This document shows positions 1-9,067 of a stretch of 60,070 nt of DNA, in pieces. The number at the start of each line of letters is the position of its first letter. Positions within the stretch are counted from its first letter, which is position 1. Location: positions 1 to 60,070 of the forward strand of contig JAZGFI010000292.1 in the NCBI GenBank assembly GCA_036479435.1, read 5' to 3'. The notes beneath the pieces were generated by a model, which ran no database searches, had not been told where the DNA came from, and saw nothing but the letters and a program-made list of their open reading frames with translations. Source of the DNA: Planctomycetota bacterium (lineage in GTDB: Bacteria > Planctomycetota > GCA-002687715 > DRQF01). The translations under genes and the position numbers were made by a program.

Positions 1-127
1 CATGACCAGTGCCCCCACTTTGGTGGACCATACGACCGTCGATGCCAGCTGATTCGCGGCCACGACGAGCCCCACGACTGCCTTCCCGACGACCCCGCAG
101 AGCTGCGGAAGCTGATGAACGTCTTCG
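1..127. repeat. 127-bp terminal direct repeat (copy 1); circular-assembly overlap
   Basis: Identical to 59944-60070; 127 is a common assembler k-mer length; an ORF reads through the junction. Confidence 0.95.
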
Positions 128-354
128 TGGTCCAGCGCGAAACGGCGTGCCCGTACGCTGGCACCAATGCCGTACTGGTGGCCATCTGCTCGACGCTTGA
201 AAAGGCGTGTGCCGGGCATGGCGCCAACCTGTTTCCGAGGTGGTCGGACCCGGGCCAAGCTGCGTGCTGGGGCGTGCCCCGCGGAGGCAAGGACACGGGC
301 GAGGAACACATCACCATCACGCGCTGGGAGGTTGATAGCGATGACTCACCGTGA
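1..354 (+). CDS. 3' part of junction-spanning hypothetical protein (starts at 59815)
   Basis: Frame 1 is open from base 1 into the 115..354 ORF and continuous with the ATG at 59815. Confidence 0.7.
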   Translation, partial: HDQCPHFGGPYDRRCQLIRGHDEPHDCLPDDPAELRKLMNVFVVQRETACPYAGTNAVLVAICSTLEKACAGHGANLFPRWSDPGQAACWGVPRGGKDTGEEHITITRWEVDSDDSP

Positions 355-706
355 TTTGAAAATCCCGCGCACCACTCCAGCGCAGCACCGCAAGGCCATG
401 ACCCGCCTCCTCGTGCGGCACACCGCGCCGCATCATCGAAGGGGATCGAACATGAGACAGCCGAACTGGTATCAGCGCCACGCACAGCACGAGTTCGTGC
501 GCGCCAACCCCGTGCTTTACGCGTGCGCCAACGCGGGCATGACCGCCGAGGAGACGCTGGTGGAGCTCGCCAGGCACTATGAGGTGCGGCAGAAGCAGAT
601 CGAAAGGCTCCTTATGTACCAGCCGCCACCGCCAACCCCGCTAACGGTTGATCAGGTCCGAGCGCTCATGCGCGAGGCCACGCACAAAGGAGACAACGAT
701 GAGTGA
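341..706 (+). CDS. hypothetical protein
   Basis: ORF with GGAGG upstream; packed operon. Confidence 0.55.
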   Translation: MTHRDLKIPRTTPAQHRKAMTRLLVRHTAPHHRRGSNMRQPNWYQRHAQHEFVRANPVLYACANAGMTAEETLVELARHYEVRQKQIERLLMYQPPPPTPLTVDQVRALMREATHKGDNDE

Positions 707-929
707 CGGATTGAACGTGAACCCACCAGCCAACAGCCTGATGGCTGCAGCTGACTATGCCGCCAAGAAGGGTCTTGAGCGCCTCAAGGCCAATAGTACT
801 TGTGCTGCCTCGGCGTTCCCGCAGCTCGTGGGCTGCGCCTACCTGGCGTCGGCAGCGCTGTGCTTTTTCGCGGTGACCAACGCCTACAGCGTGATGATGC
901 GAATCAACCAACCCAAGGACACGAGCTGA
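699..929 (+). CDS. hypothetical membrane protein
   Basis: AAGGAG RBS; hydrophobic C-terminal segment. Confidence 0.55.
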   Translation: MSDGLNVNPPANSLMAAADYAAKKGLERLKANSTCAASAFPQLVGCAYLASAALCFFAVTNAYSVMMRINQPKDTS

Positions 930-1243
930 TGCATGCGCGTCCCGGATGGTGGCGTGAACCGAAGTGGCGGAGGCACCACCGCGTCCGCAGTCGGGTGCGT
1001 GCTCGGCGCACCGAATACGAACTCAGCTGGGAGTGTGTGGAGCGACGCAAGTCCACGGGCGACGTGGCGTGGGAGTCGCCAATAGGTGGGCGTATCGTGC
1101 GCATGGGTCACCACGCGTACATGTGGCGAGCGCCCGACAAGGAGATCTACTTCGTGCCCAGGCGGCGTATCGCCATCGAATTGGGGAAGCAGTTCGCGAC
1201 CGAGGAGCAACTGCGCGTGGTTGAGCTGCGGGAGGCGAGCTGA
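929..1243 (+). CDS. hypothetical protein
   Basis: TGATG coupling at both ends. Confidence 0.55.
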   Translation: MHARPGWWREPKWRRHHRVRSRVRARRTEYELSWECVERRKSTGDVAWESPIGGRIVRMGHHAYMWRAPDKEIYFVPRRRIAIELGKQFATEEQLRVVELREAS

Positions 1244-1581
1244 TGCGCCCGGTCATCGCCAGCTTCCAGCACCGTCGTCGCAAACAGATCGCCCTTGAGG
1301 ACATGCGCGGCTACTTCGTCCTGATGGAGCTCGGGGGGACGATCCTCGAGACGCTCATGAGTGCGTTGCGAGGAGCCGACGACGCCGACCAGGTCTACCG
1401 ATGGGCCTCCAAGCTGGCCCAGGTGTGGCACCGCCGACGCAGGCAGGTGAAGTGTGCCCGGCCCGGGCCCTGCTTGGCTTGTGGCCGCGAGTTCGAGGAG
1501 GGGCAGCTGCACTGGTGCCTCCCATTCGGGTGGGGCGAGAGCCGGCCTGTGGAGCTCAACAGAACCAAGGAGAACGACTGA
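1243..1581 (+). CDS. hypothetical protein with CxxC
   Basis: TGATG coupling; GGAGG RBS. Confidence 0.55.
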   Translation: MRPVIASFQHRRRKQIALEDMRGYFVLMELGGTILETLMSALRGADDADQVYRWASKLAQVWHRRRRQVKCARPGPCLACGREFEEGQLHWCLPFGWGESRPVELNRTKEND

Positions 1582-1859
1582 TGCCCGATCGATGCAACTT
1601 CGAGCTATTCGCCCTCCGCCAGCAGTGCTCACTCGATAAGGGGCACGAGGGCGAACACAAGACGATTCACGAGGTCGGGCGCACCGTCTACTGCAACGCG
1701 TGCGAGCTCCGGAAGAAGCCCGTTGGCCGCTCCGCGGCGCCGGAGCAAGCCAACTCGCTCTGTGATTCATCGTGCAATGGATACGACAACACCCCACACG
1801 TCGGCAGCCTTTGGCCGGGCGAGACGCGGTCGTGGCGGGAGCGGCCCGAGGTAGGATGA
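1581..1859 (+). CDS. Cys/His-rich hypothetical protein
   Basis: AAGGAG RBS; CSLDKGHEGEH motif. Confidence 0.55.
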   Translation: MPDRCNFELFALRQQCSLDKGHEGEHKTIHEVGRTVYCNACELRKKPVGRSAAPEQANSLCDSSCNGYDNTPHVGSLWPGETRSWRERPEVG

Positions 1860-1862
1860 ACC

Positions 1863-2369
1863 ATGGCTAAGGACCGCAAGAGCTCACCACGGCGCCGCAA
1901 GAGGGCTCCAGCCAAGAAGCGCCCACCCGCCAAGCCAGGTCGCAGACCGATGATCCTCGACGACCCCGAGCGCTTTGACCGCGTCTGCGATTGGGTGCGC
2001 AAAGGGGCGAGCTACCGAGACGCATGCGCAGCCGAGGGGGTGAAGGAGGCGACCTGGTACAGCATTCTCGAGCGCGGCCGACGCGAGGACGCAGAGCCGT
2101 TGTACGTCGAATTCCTGGAGAAACTCAAACGCGCGAAGGCGCGCGGGCTCGTGAAGAACATCGCCATCATCGATGAGGCTGCGGGCGAAGAGGTGGTCGG
2201 GGAGGACGGAACGGTCACCTACAAGGTGAAGGACTGGAAGGCCGCCGCCCACCTCGCTGCGTTGCGCAACCCCGAGGAGTATTCGTTACGATACAAGATC
2301 GAGCACTCTGGTCCTCAGGGTGAGCCTATCGGTGTGCAGGTCTACCTACCTGAAGAGGACCCAGAGTAG
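1863..2369 (+). CDS. terS: putative terminase small subunit (HTH)
   Basis: Basic N-terminus, HTH-like GASYRDACAAEGVKEATWYS, DWKAAA motif and C-terminal IEHSGPQGEPI, typical of TerS-like proteins. Confidence 0.7.
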   Translation: MAKDRKSSPRRRKRAPAKKRPPAKPGRRPMILDDPERFDRVCDWVRKGASYRDACAAEGVKEATWYSILERGRREDAEPLYVEFLEKLKRAKARGLVKNIAIIDEAAGEEVVGEDGTVTYKVKDWKAAAHLAALRNPEEYSLRYKIEHSGPQGEPIGVQVYLPEEDPE

Positions 2370-2516
2370 TGACAAGGGCGCTGCCGCTGGCTCTTGCGTG
2401 GAACGTTGTGATGGTGCCCGATGACACGGGTGTTGTGCAAGCACCCCCAATGACTCTGTGGGCATGGGCGGGTGGTTGTCACTCGCATGTATGGCCACAT
2501 CAAAGAAAGGGAACCA

Positions 2517-2696
2517 ATGAGCGGATATGCGAAGGTCGCGGAGCTGGTCAGCGAGGTTGAGCGGCTGCGTGAACTGGTTCGGCTGCATCGCCGCACCAAA
2601 TGGGGGCTCGACGGACTCGTTGACGGCGCCATCGGTGAGGTGTGTGACGAGGACGACAGGGAGCTGTATCGGGCTGTGCTTAAGGAGACGAGCTGA
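2517..2696 (+). CDS. hypothetical protein
   Basis: AAAGGGAA RBS; LVSEVERLR coiled-coil motif common in phage small proteins. Confidence 0.5.
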   Translation: MSGYAKVAELVSEVERLRELVRLHRRTKWGLDGLVDGAIGEVCDEDDRELYRAVLKETS

Positions 2697-2726
2697 TGAA
2701 CATCCCCAGCAAAGCGATGCGACCGC

Positions 2727-2969
2727 ATGAGTGACGCTGCACAGTGTGGCTTCATGTGCGCCTGCGGCTGCGCCCAGCGGTGCGCATGCGGCCGCCCACC
2801 TGGGCCACAGACGCGTGACGAGCACGTGGAGATGTACGGGGTGCTGCCCCTGGCGGCGACGCACCCAGCGCCGAAGGTGTGGCCGCTGGGTGTTGCCCCG
2901 GTGACCTGCGTCAAGGCCGGGTGCGACTTTGCGCTCGGCCACAAAATCAAACACCAGGAAATGAGATGA
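2727..2969 (+). CDS. Cys-rich hypothetical protein
   Basis: CACGC repeats; fits operon packing. Confidence 0.45.
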   Translation: MSDAAQCGFMCACGCAQRCACGRPPGPQTRDEHVEMYGVLPLAATHPAPKVWPLGVAPVTCVKAGCDFALGHKIKHQEMR

Positions 2970-3259
2970 GCATGACCCGGCAAACAGATATGGCAGTCCC
3001 CCCGATGGCCCCCGACGAGAGCTTCCATATTCGGCACCATGGTGGGGTGAGGATGCAGGTCTCATTCGTAGGCTTCGACTCTCGGAAGAAGCGCGGGATC
3101 TGCAGGGGTGACCTGAGCGGAGAATACGAGTTCTGGCTCCATACCGAGGGCAAGCACGAGCGCGGGCGATTCTGCATGAAGGCGCTTCGTTGGTGGCATG
3201 TCGACCCGGGCACGCTTGAGCGCGTGCTCGCAGCAGTTCCGGCGATGGAACTCCCCTAA
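2966..3259 (+). CDS. hypothetical protein
   Basis: ATGA overlap with previous ORF. Confidence 0.5.
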   Translation: MSMTRQTDMAVPPMAPDESFHIRHHGGVRMQVSFVGFDSRKKRGICRGDLSGEYEFWLHTEGKHERGRFCMKALRWWHVDPGTLERVLAAVPAMELP

Positions 3260-3373
3260 CCATTGTGGTACAAATGAACAACGCCCCGGTTCGCATGGAC
3301 ACGACCGAGGCGTTGGCCCGCAAAGGGCCACCAGCAAGGTAACACGTCGGTTGATGGCGACGAAAGGGACACG

Positions 3374-4084
3374 ATGAGCAGCACAACAGGTGACCGAGTC
3401 GATAACGACGACTACCCCACGCCTCCCTGGTGCGTCGAGCGCCTACTCGAGCGCGTCTACCTGCCGCCGGGCCGCTGGCTTGAGCCTTGCGCAGGGCGCG
3501 GAAGTATAATCGAAGCGGCCAATGACGTGTACTGCGCTGCCCCCCATATGCCGATGCTCGAGTGGACCGCGTGCGAGTTGCAGGACAAGTACCACGACCC
3601 GTTGCGCTCACTCGACCCCGATGTGTACCCGCGCCTGCACATCGGGGACTTCTTCGAGACTTTCCGACGCTGGTCCTTCCGGGGCGACCTACGTCTATGG
3701 CGTGAGATGCCCTTCGATGTGGCGATTACAAACCCGCCGTTCGAACTGTCGCTGGCGTTCATCCAACGTATGCGTTGTCTCGCGCCATGGGTGGCCGTCC
3801 TGATGCGCGTCGGGTTCCTGGAGGGCGGAACGTCTAAGGAGACGCAGCCTCGCGCCACGTTCCTCAACGGCGACATGCCCGATATGGCCATCCTTCCCGA
3901 CCGCGTAGCGTTCGCCCGCTCGAAGAAGAGCGGGAGGTGGGGAACAGACAGCGCGACCTACGCGTGGGCTATCTGGACTCCAGAGCGGCGCACAGAGGGG
4001 CGTATCATCCGACTCGCGAACACCCCGAAGGCCGTCCGTCAACAGTGGAAGCGCGACCAGGACAGACGCATGGGGCTCGAATGA
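3374..4084 (+). CDS. phage SAM-dependent DNA amino-methyltransferase (N6A/N4C type)
   Basis: DDYPTP, motif I LEPCAGRG and motif IV ITNPPF. Confidence 0.85.
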   Translation: MSSTTGDRVDNDDYPTPPWCVERLLERVYLPPGRWLEPCAGRGSIIEAANDVYCAAPHMPMLEWTACELQDKYHDPLRSLDPDVYPRLHIGDFFETFRRWSFRGDLRLWREMPFDVAITNPPFELSLAFIQRMRCLAPWVAVLMRVGFLEGGTSKETQPRATFLNGDMPDMAILPDRVAFARSKKSGRWGTDSATYAWAIWTPERRTEGRIIRLANTPKAVRQQWKRDQDRRMGLE

Positions 4085-4335
4085 AGACGCTCTATCTAGA
4101 ATGGATCCCCTGTGATCATCACCGCGTGTTCCGGGACACAGCGGACGCGCTGGACACGCTGGTGCTGAGCAAGCTGCTTCGCACGCACATGTCGAGCGGG
4201 CTTGTCAGCGTGGTGCTGGACGTCAAGGGGGACGCGCACGCCGCCCACGCTGCTGTGGATGAGCTGCGCACCAAGGTGAAGCGCTACGCCGTTGATGGCG
4301 TGGTGCAATGGCTGCAACCGAAGGAGACAACATGA
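4081..4335 (+). CDS. hypothetical protein
   Basis: ATGA coupling at both ends. Confidence 0.5.
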   Translation: MKTLYLEWIPCDHHRVFRDTADALDTLVLSKLLRTHMSSGLVSVVLDVKGDAHAAHAAVDELRTKVKRYAVDGVVQWLQPKETT

Positions 4336-4925
4336 GCAACGAAGCAGATGGAGAAGCGCCAAAGTACGGCTGCAAACACCCGTGGCACGAGTCGTTCTTG
4401 CGCGCTCAGTTTTGCCCGAGCTGCAAGATCGATACGAACGTCGACACGGACAAGCGTGAGATAGCCGAACTCGCCTACCCGAAGGAGGCAAGCTGCGAGG
4501 TGCCACCGCCAAAGTACGACGACGGCGACATCACCATACGAGGTGGCGTCGGCGGCAGAATTGGCGGAACTATCCGCTTTGAGCTACCCAACGGCGATGA
4601 CTTCATGTGCATCGCCCCAGATGGGACCGTGACTGTGCGCGGCAGGACAGTCGCCCATGATGTGGAGGCGTGGCGCGCCTTCCGGCAGTGGCTCGGAGAG
4701 TGTGAGATCGTCCGAACCGCCTCCGGGCACGAAGGCCACGGCGACAATGTGGAGGTGAGGCATCGAAGCTACGTGCGCCCGCGGCTCTCTCATGTTGAAG
4801 CGCTGTTGGCATCGTGGCGTGGCTCTGCCAACGAAGACCACTGCGCGGACCAGCTCGCCCAGGCGCTGGAGGATGACAACTACGAGATTGCATCCGAGGC
4901 CGGCGCCATCATGGGGGCAAGCTGA
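4332..4925 (+). CDS. hypothetical protein with CKHPWH...CPSC motif
   Basis: AAGGAG RBS; ATGA coupling. Confidence 0.6.
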   Translation: MSNEADGEAPKYGCKHPWHESFLRAQFCPSCKIDTNVDTDKREIAELAYPKEASCEVPPPKYDDGDITIRGGVGGRIGGTIRFELPNGDDFMCIAPDGTVTVRGRTVAHDVEAWRAFRQWLGECEIVRTASGHEGHGDNVEVRHRSYVRPRLSHVEALLASWRGSANEDHCADQLAQALEDDNYEIASEAGAIMGAS

Positions 4926-5107
4926 TGGGTGCGTTTACGCTCAACAGACAGCTCTCCACGGGCCATATGCTTAGCGTCATTGTTCCCCACGACGTGAGCG
5001 ATGCTCAGTTCGTCGTGGTGACTCGCGAGGTCGTGACCCACCTTCGCGAGCTTGCCGACGCGCTCGAGCGCTCCAGTGAGAGTCTGCTCGCAGAGGAGGC
5101 AAACTGA
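4925..5107 (+). CDS. hypothetical protein
   Basis: TGATG coupling. Confidence 0.55.
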   Translation: MGAFTLNRQLSTGHMLSVIVPHDVSDAQFVVVTREVVTHLRELADALERSSESLLAEEAN

Positions 5108-5307
5108 TGCGCGCAATCAGAGCAGCCGTCGTCGGCGTGGAGGGCGACGTGCGCATCACGCGAGTGGGGTCACCTACGTGTATCGAGGTGAGGGTGGACT
5201 TTGATGGAGTGGATACGGAAGCGATCGAGTTCCTCAAAAAGAGTGAGGCTAGCGGGTGGACGCTTCGCATGAGGCTTGAGCTCATCGACCCGAAAGGAGC
5301 AAAGTGA
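5107..5307 (+). CDS. hypothetical protein
   Basis: GGAGG RBS; TGATG coupling. Confidence 0.55.
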   Translation: MRAIRAAVVGVEGDVRITRVGSPTCIEVRVDFDGVDTEAIEFLKKSEASGWTLRMRLELIDPKGAK

Positions 5308-5564
5308 TGGCACGCCAGAAAGACGCCGAGCTACACGCGATGACTGCGATCGTTCAGCACATCGAGACCCTAGATAGCGACCAGCGCGGCCGCGTGATGG
5401 AGTGGCTCAACAATCGGTTTACTACCCCGTTCGGTGGGACCTTGGTGTCCGTGGACGACGCGGAAACGGAGCTACAGATAGAGGCCTGCCCCCATCCGTG
5501 GCACGACGTCTCCTCGTTCACGGATCGCGAGCGAAAGTGCCCCAACTGCGGAGAAGTCGAATGA
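5307..5564 (+). CDS. hypothetical protein with CPHPWH...CPNC motif
   Basis: AAGGAG RBS; TGATG coupling. Confidence 0.6.
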   Translation: MARQKDAELHAMTAIVQHIETLDSDQRGRVMEWLNNRFTTPFGGTLVSVDDAETELQIEACPHPWHDVSSFTDRERKCPNCGEVE

Positions 5565-6022
5565 GCTGGAACTCCAAGCTCGAAACGATGGCGACGTGGC
5601 AGGCCAAGCTCGACAACCCCCAGCACCCCAGCGTCACCGAGGCAGAACGCGAGAAGGACGAGATGGTCGGCGATCTCATGAGTATCCTGAAAGCGCTCGT
5701 CACCGACGCACGAGACCGCGAGGGTGACTTCGGTCGGCTGGCTCGGGAGATCGCCGTCAATAGTGTGCGTGTGGGTCGCGCGCTCGGTCAGCTCACCACC
5801 GAGGAGGCGAACCGATCCCTCGCAGCGATCGCCGACGAGGGCGACAGGGACCCCATGCTCGAGGTTGCGGCACGCGAAGCGGTGGCGCGGTGGAACGATG
5901 ACAACAACGATGCCCGCGAAGCCGGGAGCGACGCGTTCTTCTACGCCATGAACTTGCTCGAGAAGGTGCTCAAGGAAATGCCAAGGAGACTGGACGGCAC
6001 CGAGGAAGGAACTTCCACATGA
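5561..6022 (+). CDS. hypothetical helical protein
   Basis: ATGA coupling at both ends. Confidence 0.55.
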   Translation: MSWNSKLETMATWQAKLDNPQHPSVTEAEREKDEMVGDLMSILKALVTDARDREGDFGRLAREIAVNSVRVGRALGQLTTEEANRSLAAIADEGDRDPMLEVAAREAVARWNDDNNDAREAGSDAFFYAMNLLEKVLKEMPRRLDGTEEGTST

Positions 6023-7038
6023 CCGCCCCAACAGATTGGGATGGCATACTCGAGACCCTGTCATTCTGGCTCAGGACGACCGACCGCAGCCTGACCGACC
6101 CCAAGCCCTTCGCGCCAGGGACACCGCGCGAAGTCCAGGGCTGGTACATTCTCGCGGCGCTGGTGAAACACGCGCAGGGCCAGCCCGGTGCCATCGCCTG
6201 GACCACCTTGCACACACGAGTCGAGGAGCTGGAGCAAGGCGGAGACTTGGTGGCGGTTGTTGCCGGCTTGCAGGCCCGGCAGCAGAGTCGGATTGAGGCG
6301 CTGGAGCGCCATCTCGACATCGTGCGTGGTGGCGTTGACGGCATGATGCAAGTGCTCCAGCAAGTGACGGCCACCGCCTGCCGCAACACCTCCGAGCTCA
6401 CAGAGCTCAAAGAAAGTGTGCAGGACATGAACAACCCTCAGTTGATGACTGAGCTTCGCGAGCAGAACCAACGCCTCCAGGAGCGGTGCGCGGAGCTGCT
6501 CCGCGAGCGCCGAGGGATCCGGTACCTCGTGCACGAGTTCCACGCGAAGTTCGGCTACCCGGTGCGCGACTCGCCGCGCGTGCCATCGGACGAGGATGTG
6601 CGCTTTCGGCTCACCCTGATCGCTGAGGAGTTCTTCGAGCTGATGCAAGCCGCTCTCGTCGACAGCGGTGGGATCGCCCTGGCGGAGCGCATGCTCGCGA
6701 AGGCGATCCGCGGCGAACAGGGAGGTCTCCCACCCGCCACGGTCGAGGTCAACCTCGACGAGTTCGCCGACGCACTCGCCGACATGGACTACGTCGTGGA
6801 GGGCACGCGCCTGACCTGCGGCATCGACGGGTGGCCGGTGTTGCTCGAGATACAGCGCGCCAACATGTCGAAAACGACCAAGGCGCTCAACGCGACCGAC
6901 GCCGCGAAGATGGCGGGCACGACCAAGGCGCAGAAGCCCGCGGGGTGGACGCCACCAAATGTTGCCGGCGAGTTGCACAAGCAGGGATGGCTCGAGCGCA
7001 CACCGACAGCTACAGGGAGACCAGATTGTGACCGATGA
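6019..7038 (+). CDS. coiled-coil protein fused to a MazG-like/PRA-PH-like NTP pyrophosphohydrolase
   Basis: VHEFHAKFG...RLTLIAEEFFEL...EFADALADMDYV...EIQRANMSK...KPAGWTPP. Confidence 0.85.
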   Translation: MTAPTDWDGILETLSFWLRTTDRSLTDPKPFAPGTPREVQGWYILAALVKHAQGQPGAIAWTTLHTRVEELEQGGDLVAVVAGLQARQQSRIEALERHLDIVRGGVDGMMQVLQQVTATACRNTSELTELKESVQDMNNPQLMTELREQNQRLQERCAELLRERRGIRYLVHEFHAKFGYPVRDSPRVPSDEDVRFRLTLIAEEFFELMQAALVDSGGIALAERMLAKAIRGEQGGLPPATVEVNLDEFADALADMDYVVEGTRLTCGIDGWPVLLEIQRANMSKTTKALNATDAAKMAGTTKAQKPAGWTPPNVAGELHKQGWLERTPTATGRPDCDR

Positions 7039-7780
7039 AATCCTAGGCGCAGAGGCCACCGTTTGCCGTTGCAAGGTCCAGAACGACGGGGGCAAGTTCA
7101 CCCTGCCGGCCGAGAACATGGTGGACGATTGCCCCATGCATGGGGCGGATGCGCGAGCTCGCCTTGAGGCTGATGCCGACATGCGCGGGCCCTTCAAGTT
7201 CACCTTTCTCGGCGAGCGCTTCTACCCGTTGTCGCCGCACCCCGACGACATCAAACTCGAGGACATCGCCCATGGGCTCGCGCTGACCTGCCGCTTCGGT
7301 GGGAGCTGCAAGGTCTTCTACTCGGTAGCGCAGCACTCGGTGCACGTCAGTGAGCAGATGGAGAGCCACTACCTTCCACACTGGATGCCCGACATGGTCG
7401 CGATGAGCGAGCTGCAGATCGTCCAGTGCATGCACGGCCTGATGCACGACGCCTCCGAGGCCTACCTAGGCGACGTCATCGCCCCAATCAAAGCGCTGCC
7501 CGGTATGGCCGACTACCGGGTCACAGAGGCCGTCGTGCAGATGTGCGTCACCTCGTGCTTCGGCCTGCCCGACGTGCCCTCGCAGCTGCTCCACCTCGTC
7601 GACGCGCGCATGCTCCTGACCGAGGCGCGCGACCTCTTGAACGGCGAGTTCCCGCCGGCGAACGTCGAGCCCTACGACTTCGAGGTCAGCCCAATGGGCC
7701 CAATGGTGGCAGAGGCGCGGTTTCTCGACCGCTTCCATGAGCTCGAGGCCGGGCTGCGACATGTGCGGGGGTTGAGATGA
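7028..7780 (+). CDS. HD-domain phosphohydrolase (YfbR/5'-deoxynucleotidase-like)
   Basis: DIAHGLA..CRFGG...FYSVAQHS...LMHDASEAYLGD...D.RML.TE. Confidence 0.88.
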   Translation: MTDEILGAEATVCRCKVQNDGGKFTLPAENMVDDCPMHGADARARLEADADMRGPFKFTFLGERFYPLSPHPDDIKLEDIAHGLALTCRFGGSCKVFYSVAQHSVHVSEQMESHYLPHWMPDMVAMSELQIVQCMHGLMHDASEAYLGDVIAPIKALPGMADYRVTEAVVQMCVTSCFGLPDVPSQLLHLVDARMLLTEARDLLNGEFPPANVEPYDFEVSPMGPMVAEARFLDRFHELEAGLRHVRGLR

Positions 7781-7786
7781 AGCGCC

Positions 7787-7990
7787 ATGATTGTTGAGTG
7801 CGAGGGCTGCGGAGTGGAGATTGCGACCCGACGCACGGGCAAGTCTCGCCGGAGATTCTGCAACATCAAGTGCCGCAGCCGGTTCCAGAACTCCGCCCAC
7901 TTCGCAGTGTGCGAAAACTCTCCCAATAGAACCCAGCACGCGCGAGACGTTGAAGAACGGATGCGCGAAGCAAAGGCCTGGGAGTCATGA
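7787..7990 (+). CDS. zinc-ribbon hypothetical protein
   Basis: CEGC...RRFCNIKCR. Confidence 0.55.
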   Translation: MIVECEGCGVEIATRRTGKSRRRFCNIKCRSRFQNSAHFAVCENSPNRTQHARDVEERMREAKAWES

Positions 7991-8358
7991 GGCGCGGGTG
8001 GCTCGCCCAGGGCCTCACCCATGGCATGGACGTGGAGGCCGTGTCGAGCATGGCCTCCGAGCAGAAGGTGGCGCTCACCGAGGGGGCCGCCAAGGACGAG
8101 GCTAGGCGCCGTGCCGATGAGGTGCGGGACGCGCTCACCGCCGCCCAAGAGGAGGCCGATAAGCACCGCGCCGTGCTCGCCGAGCAGGACGCTGAAACGT
8201 GGGCAACGGCGCGCGACCAGCACAACAACCCGGTGCGCGTGAGCACGGGGACGCGCCAGCAGCGGCGCAAGGCCCGCTCGAAGAAGGGCGCCAACAAGAC
8301 CCTGCCAGCGCTCAAGCACCGCAAGAAGAAGGCTCCGCGGCGACGTAAGAAGCGCTAG
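7987..8358 (+). CDS. hypothetical protein with basic tail
   Basis: ATGA coupling. Confidence 0.55.
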   Translation: MRRGWLAQGLTHGMDVEAVSSMASEQKVALTEGAAKDEARRRADEVRDALTAAQEEADKHRAVLAEQDAETWATARDQHNNPVRVSTGTRQQRRKARSKKGANKTLPALKHRKKKAPRRRKKR

Positions 8359-8428
8359 ACTGGGGTCCCTGTTTGGATGTGCGCGTTGGCCCGGCGCAAT
8401 ACGGGCCACCTTGCTGCAAAGGAGACAC

Positions 8429-9067
8429 ATGACACTGCTAGACACGAGAAGCCGACCGACCACCGAAGCCGAACGCGAGAAGGCCTACGCCAAGCCCGAC
8501 CCCACCGAGGGGGAGATCTTCCAGATGTGCACCGAGGCCGGCGAATGCGCTGGGTGCGGACGGCGCATCAGCGCGCTGGAGCCTCTGTGGATTCGCGCCA
8601 TGCCACCCGACAGTTCTGAGGTGCAGCTAGCCATCCTGGATTCCGAGTACGATGGGGGCGACGTGTTCGCCTTCCATTGCTGGGCGTGCGCTCAGCTGCA
8701 CTTCGAGCCAGCGGTGCTGGACTACGCCAACGAGCGAGCCCAGTGCGAGCGCGAGGAGCGGTTGGCGCGCGCGTGCGACGCCGAGGTCACGGGCAGACTC
8801 ACCCCCGACCACTGGGTCACGATCATGGAGGCGAACCTCGGCTACTGCGAGCCTAGTGAGATGCGCGCCACCGTTGACGCCATGTGCGCTGAGTACCAGG
8901 AGCGCTACGGCTGCCGCACCGAGTACCTCGAAGAGGTGCGTGCACAGCTCTACGATGTGACACCCCAAACCCGCCTCGTGATCAAGCAGGTGGCGCCATT
9001 GAAGATTGACCATCTGCCAGGTGGTGTTGCCCGGTTCAGCTTCGACGCGAGGATGGTGGCCCAGTGA
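8429..9067 (+). CDS. Zn-finger-containing hypothetical protein
   Basis: AAGGAG RBS; CAGC...HCWAC. Confidence 0.6.
   Translation: MTLLDTRSRPTTEAEREKAYAKPDPTEGEIFQMCTEAGECAGCGRRISALEPLWIRAMPPDSSEVQLAILDSEYDGGDVFAFHCWACAQLHFEPAVLDYANERAQCEREERLARACDAEVTGRLTPDHWVTIMEANLGYCEPSEMRATVDAMCAEYQERYGCRTEYLEEVRAQLYDVTPQTRLVIKQVAPLKIDHLPGGVARFSFDARMVAQ

Noticed and set aside
1..127. Biological direct terminal repeat
   Set aside because: Length matches an assembler k-mer and it falls mid-ORF; best explained as circular overlap
3260..3373. SAM riboswitch before the methyltransferase
   Set aside because: Hairpins are present but I cannot match conserved SAM-riboswitch core sequences
6019..7780. Z-genome (2-aminoadenine) cluster
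   Set aside because: No PurZ or DNA polymerase recognisable
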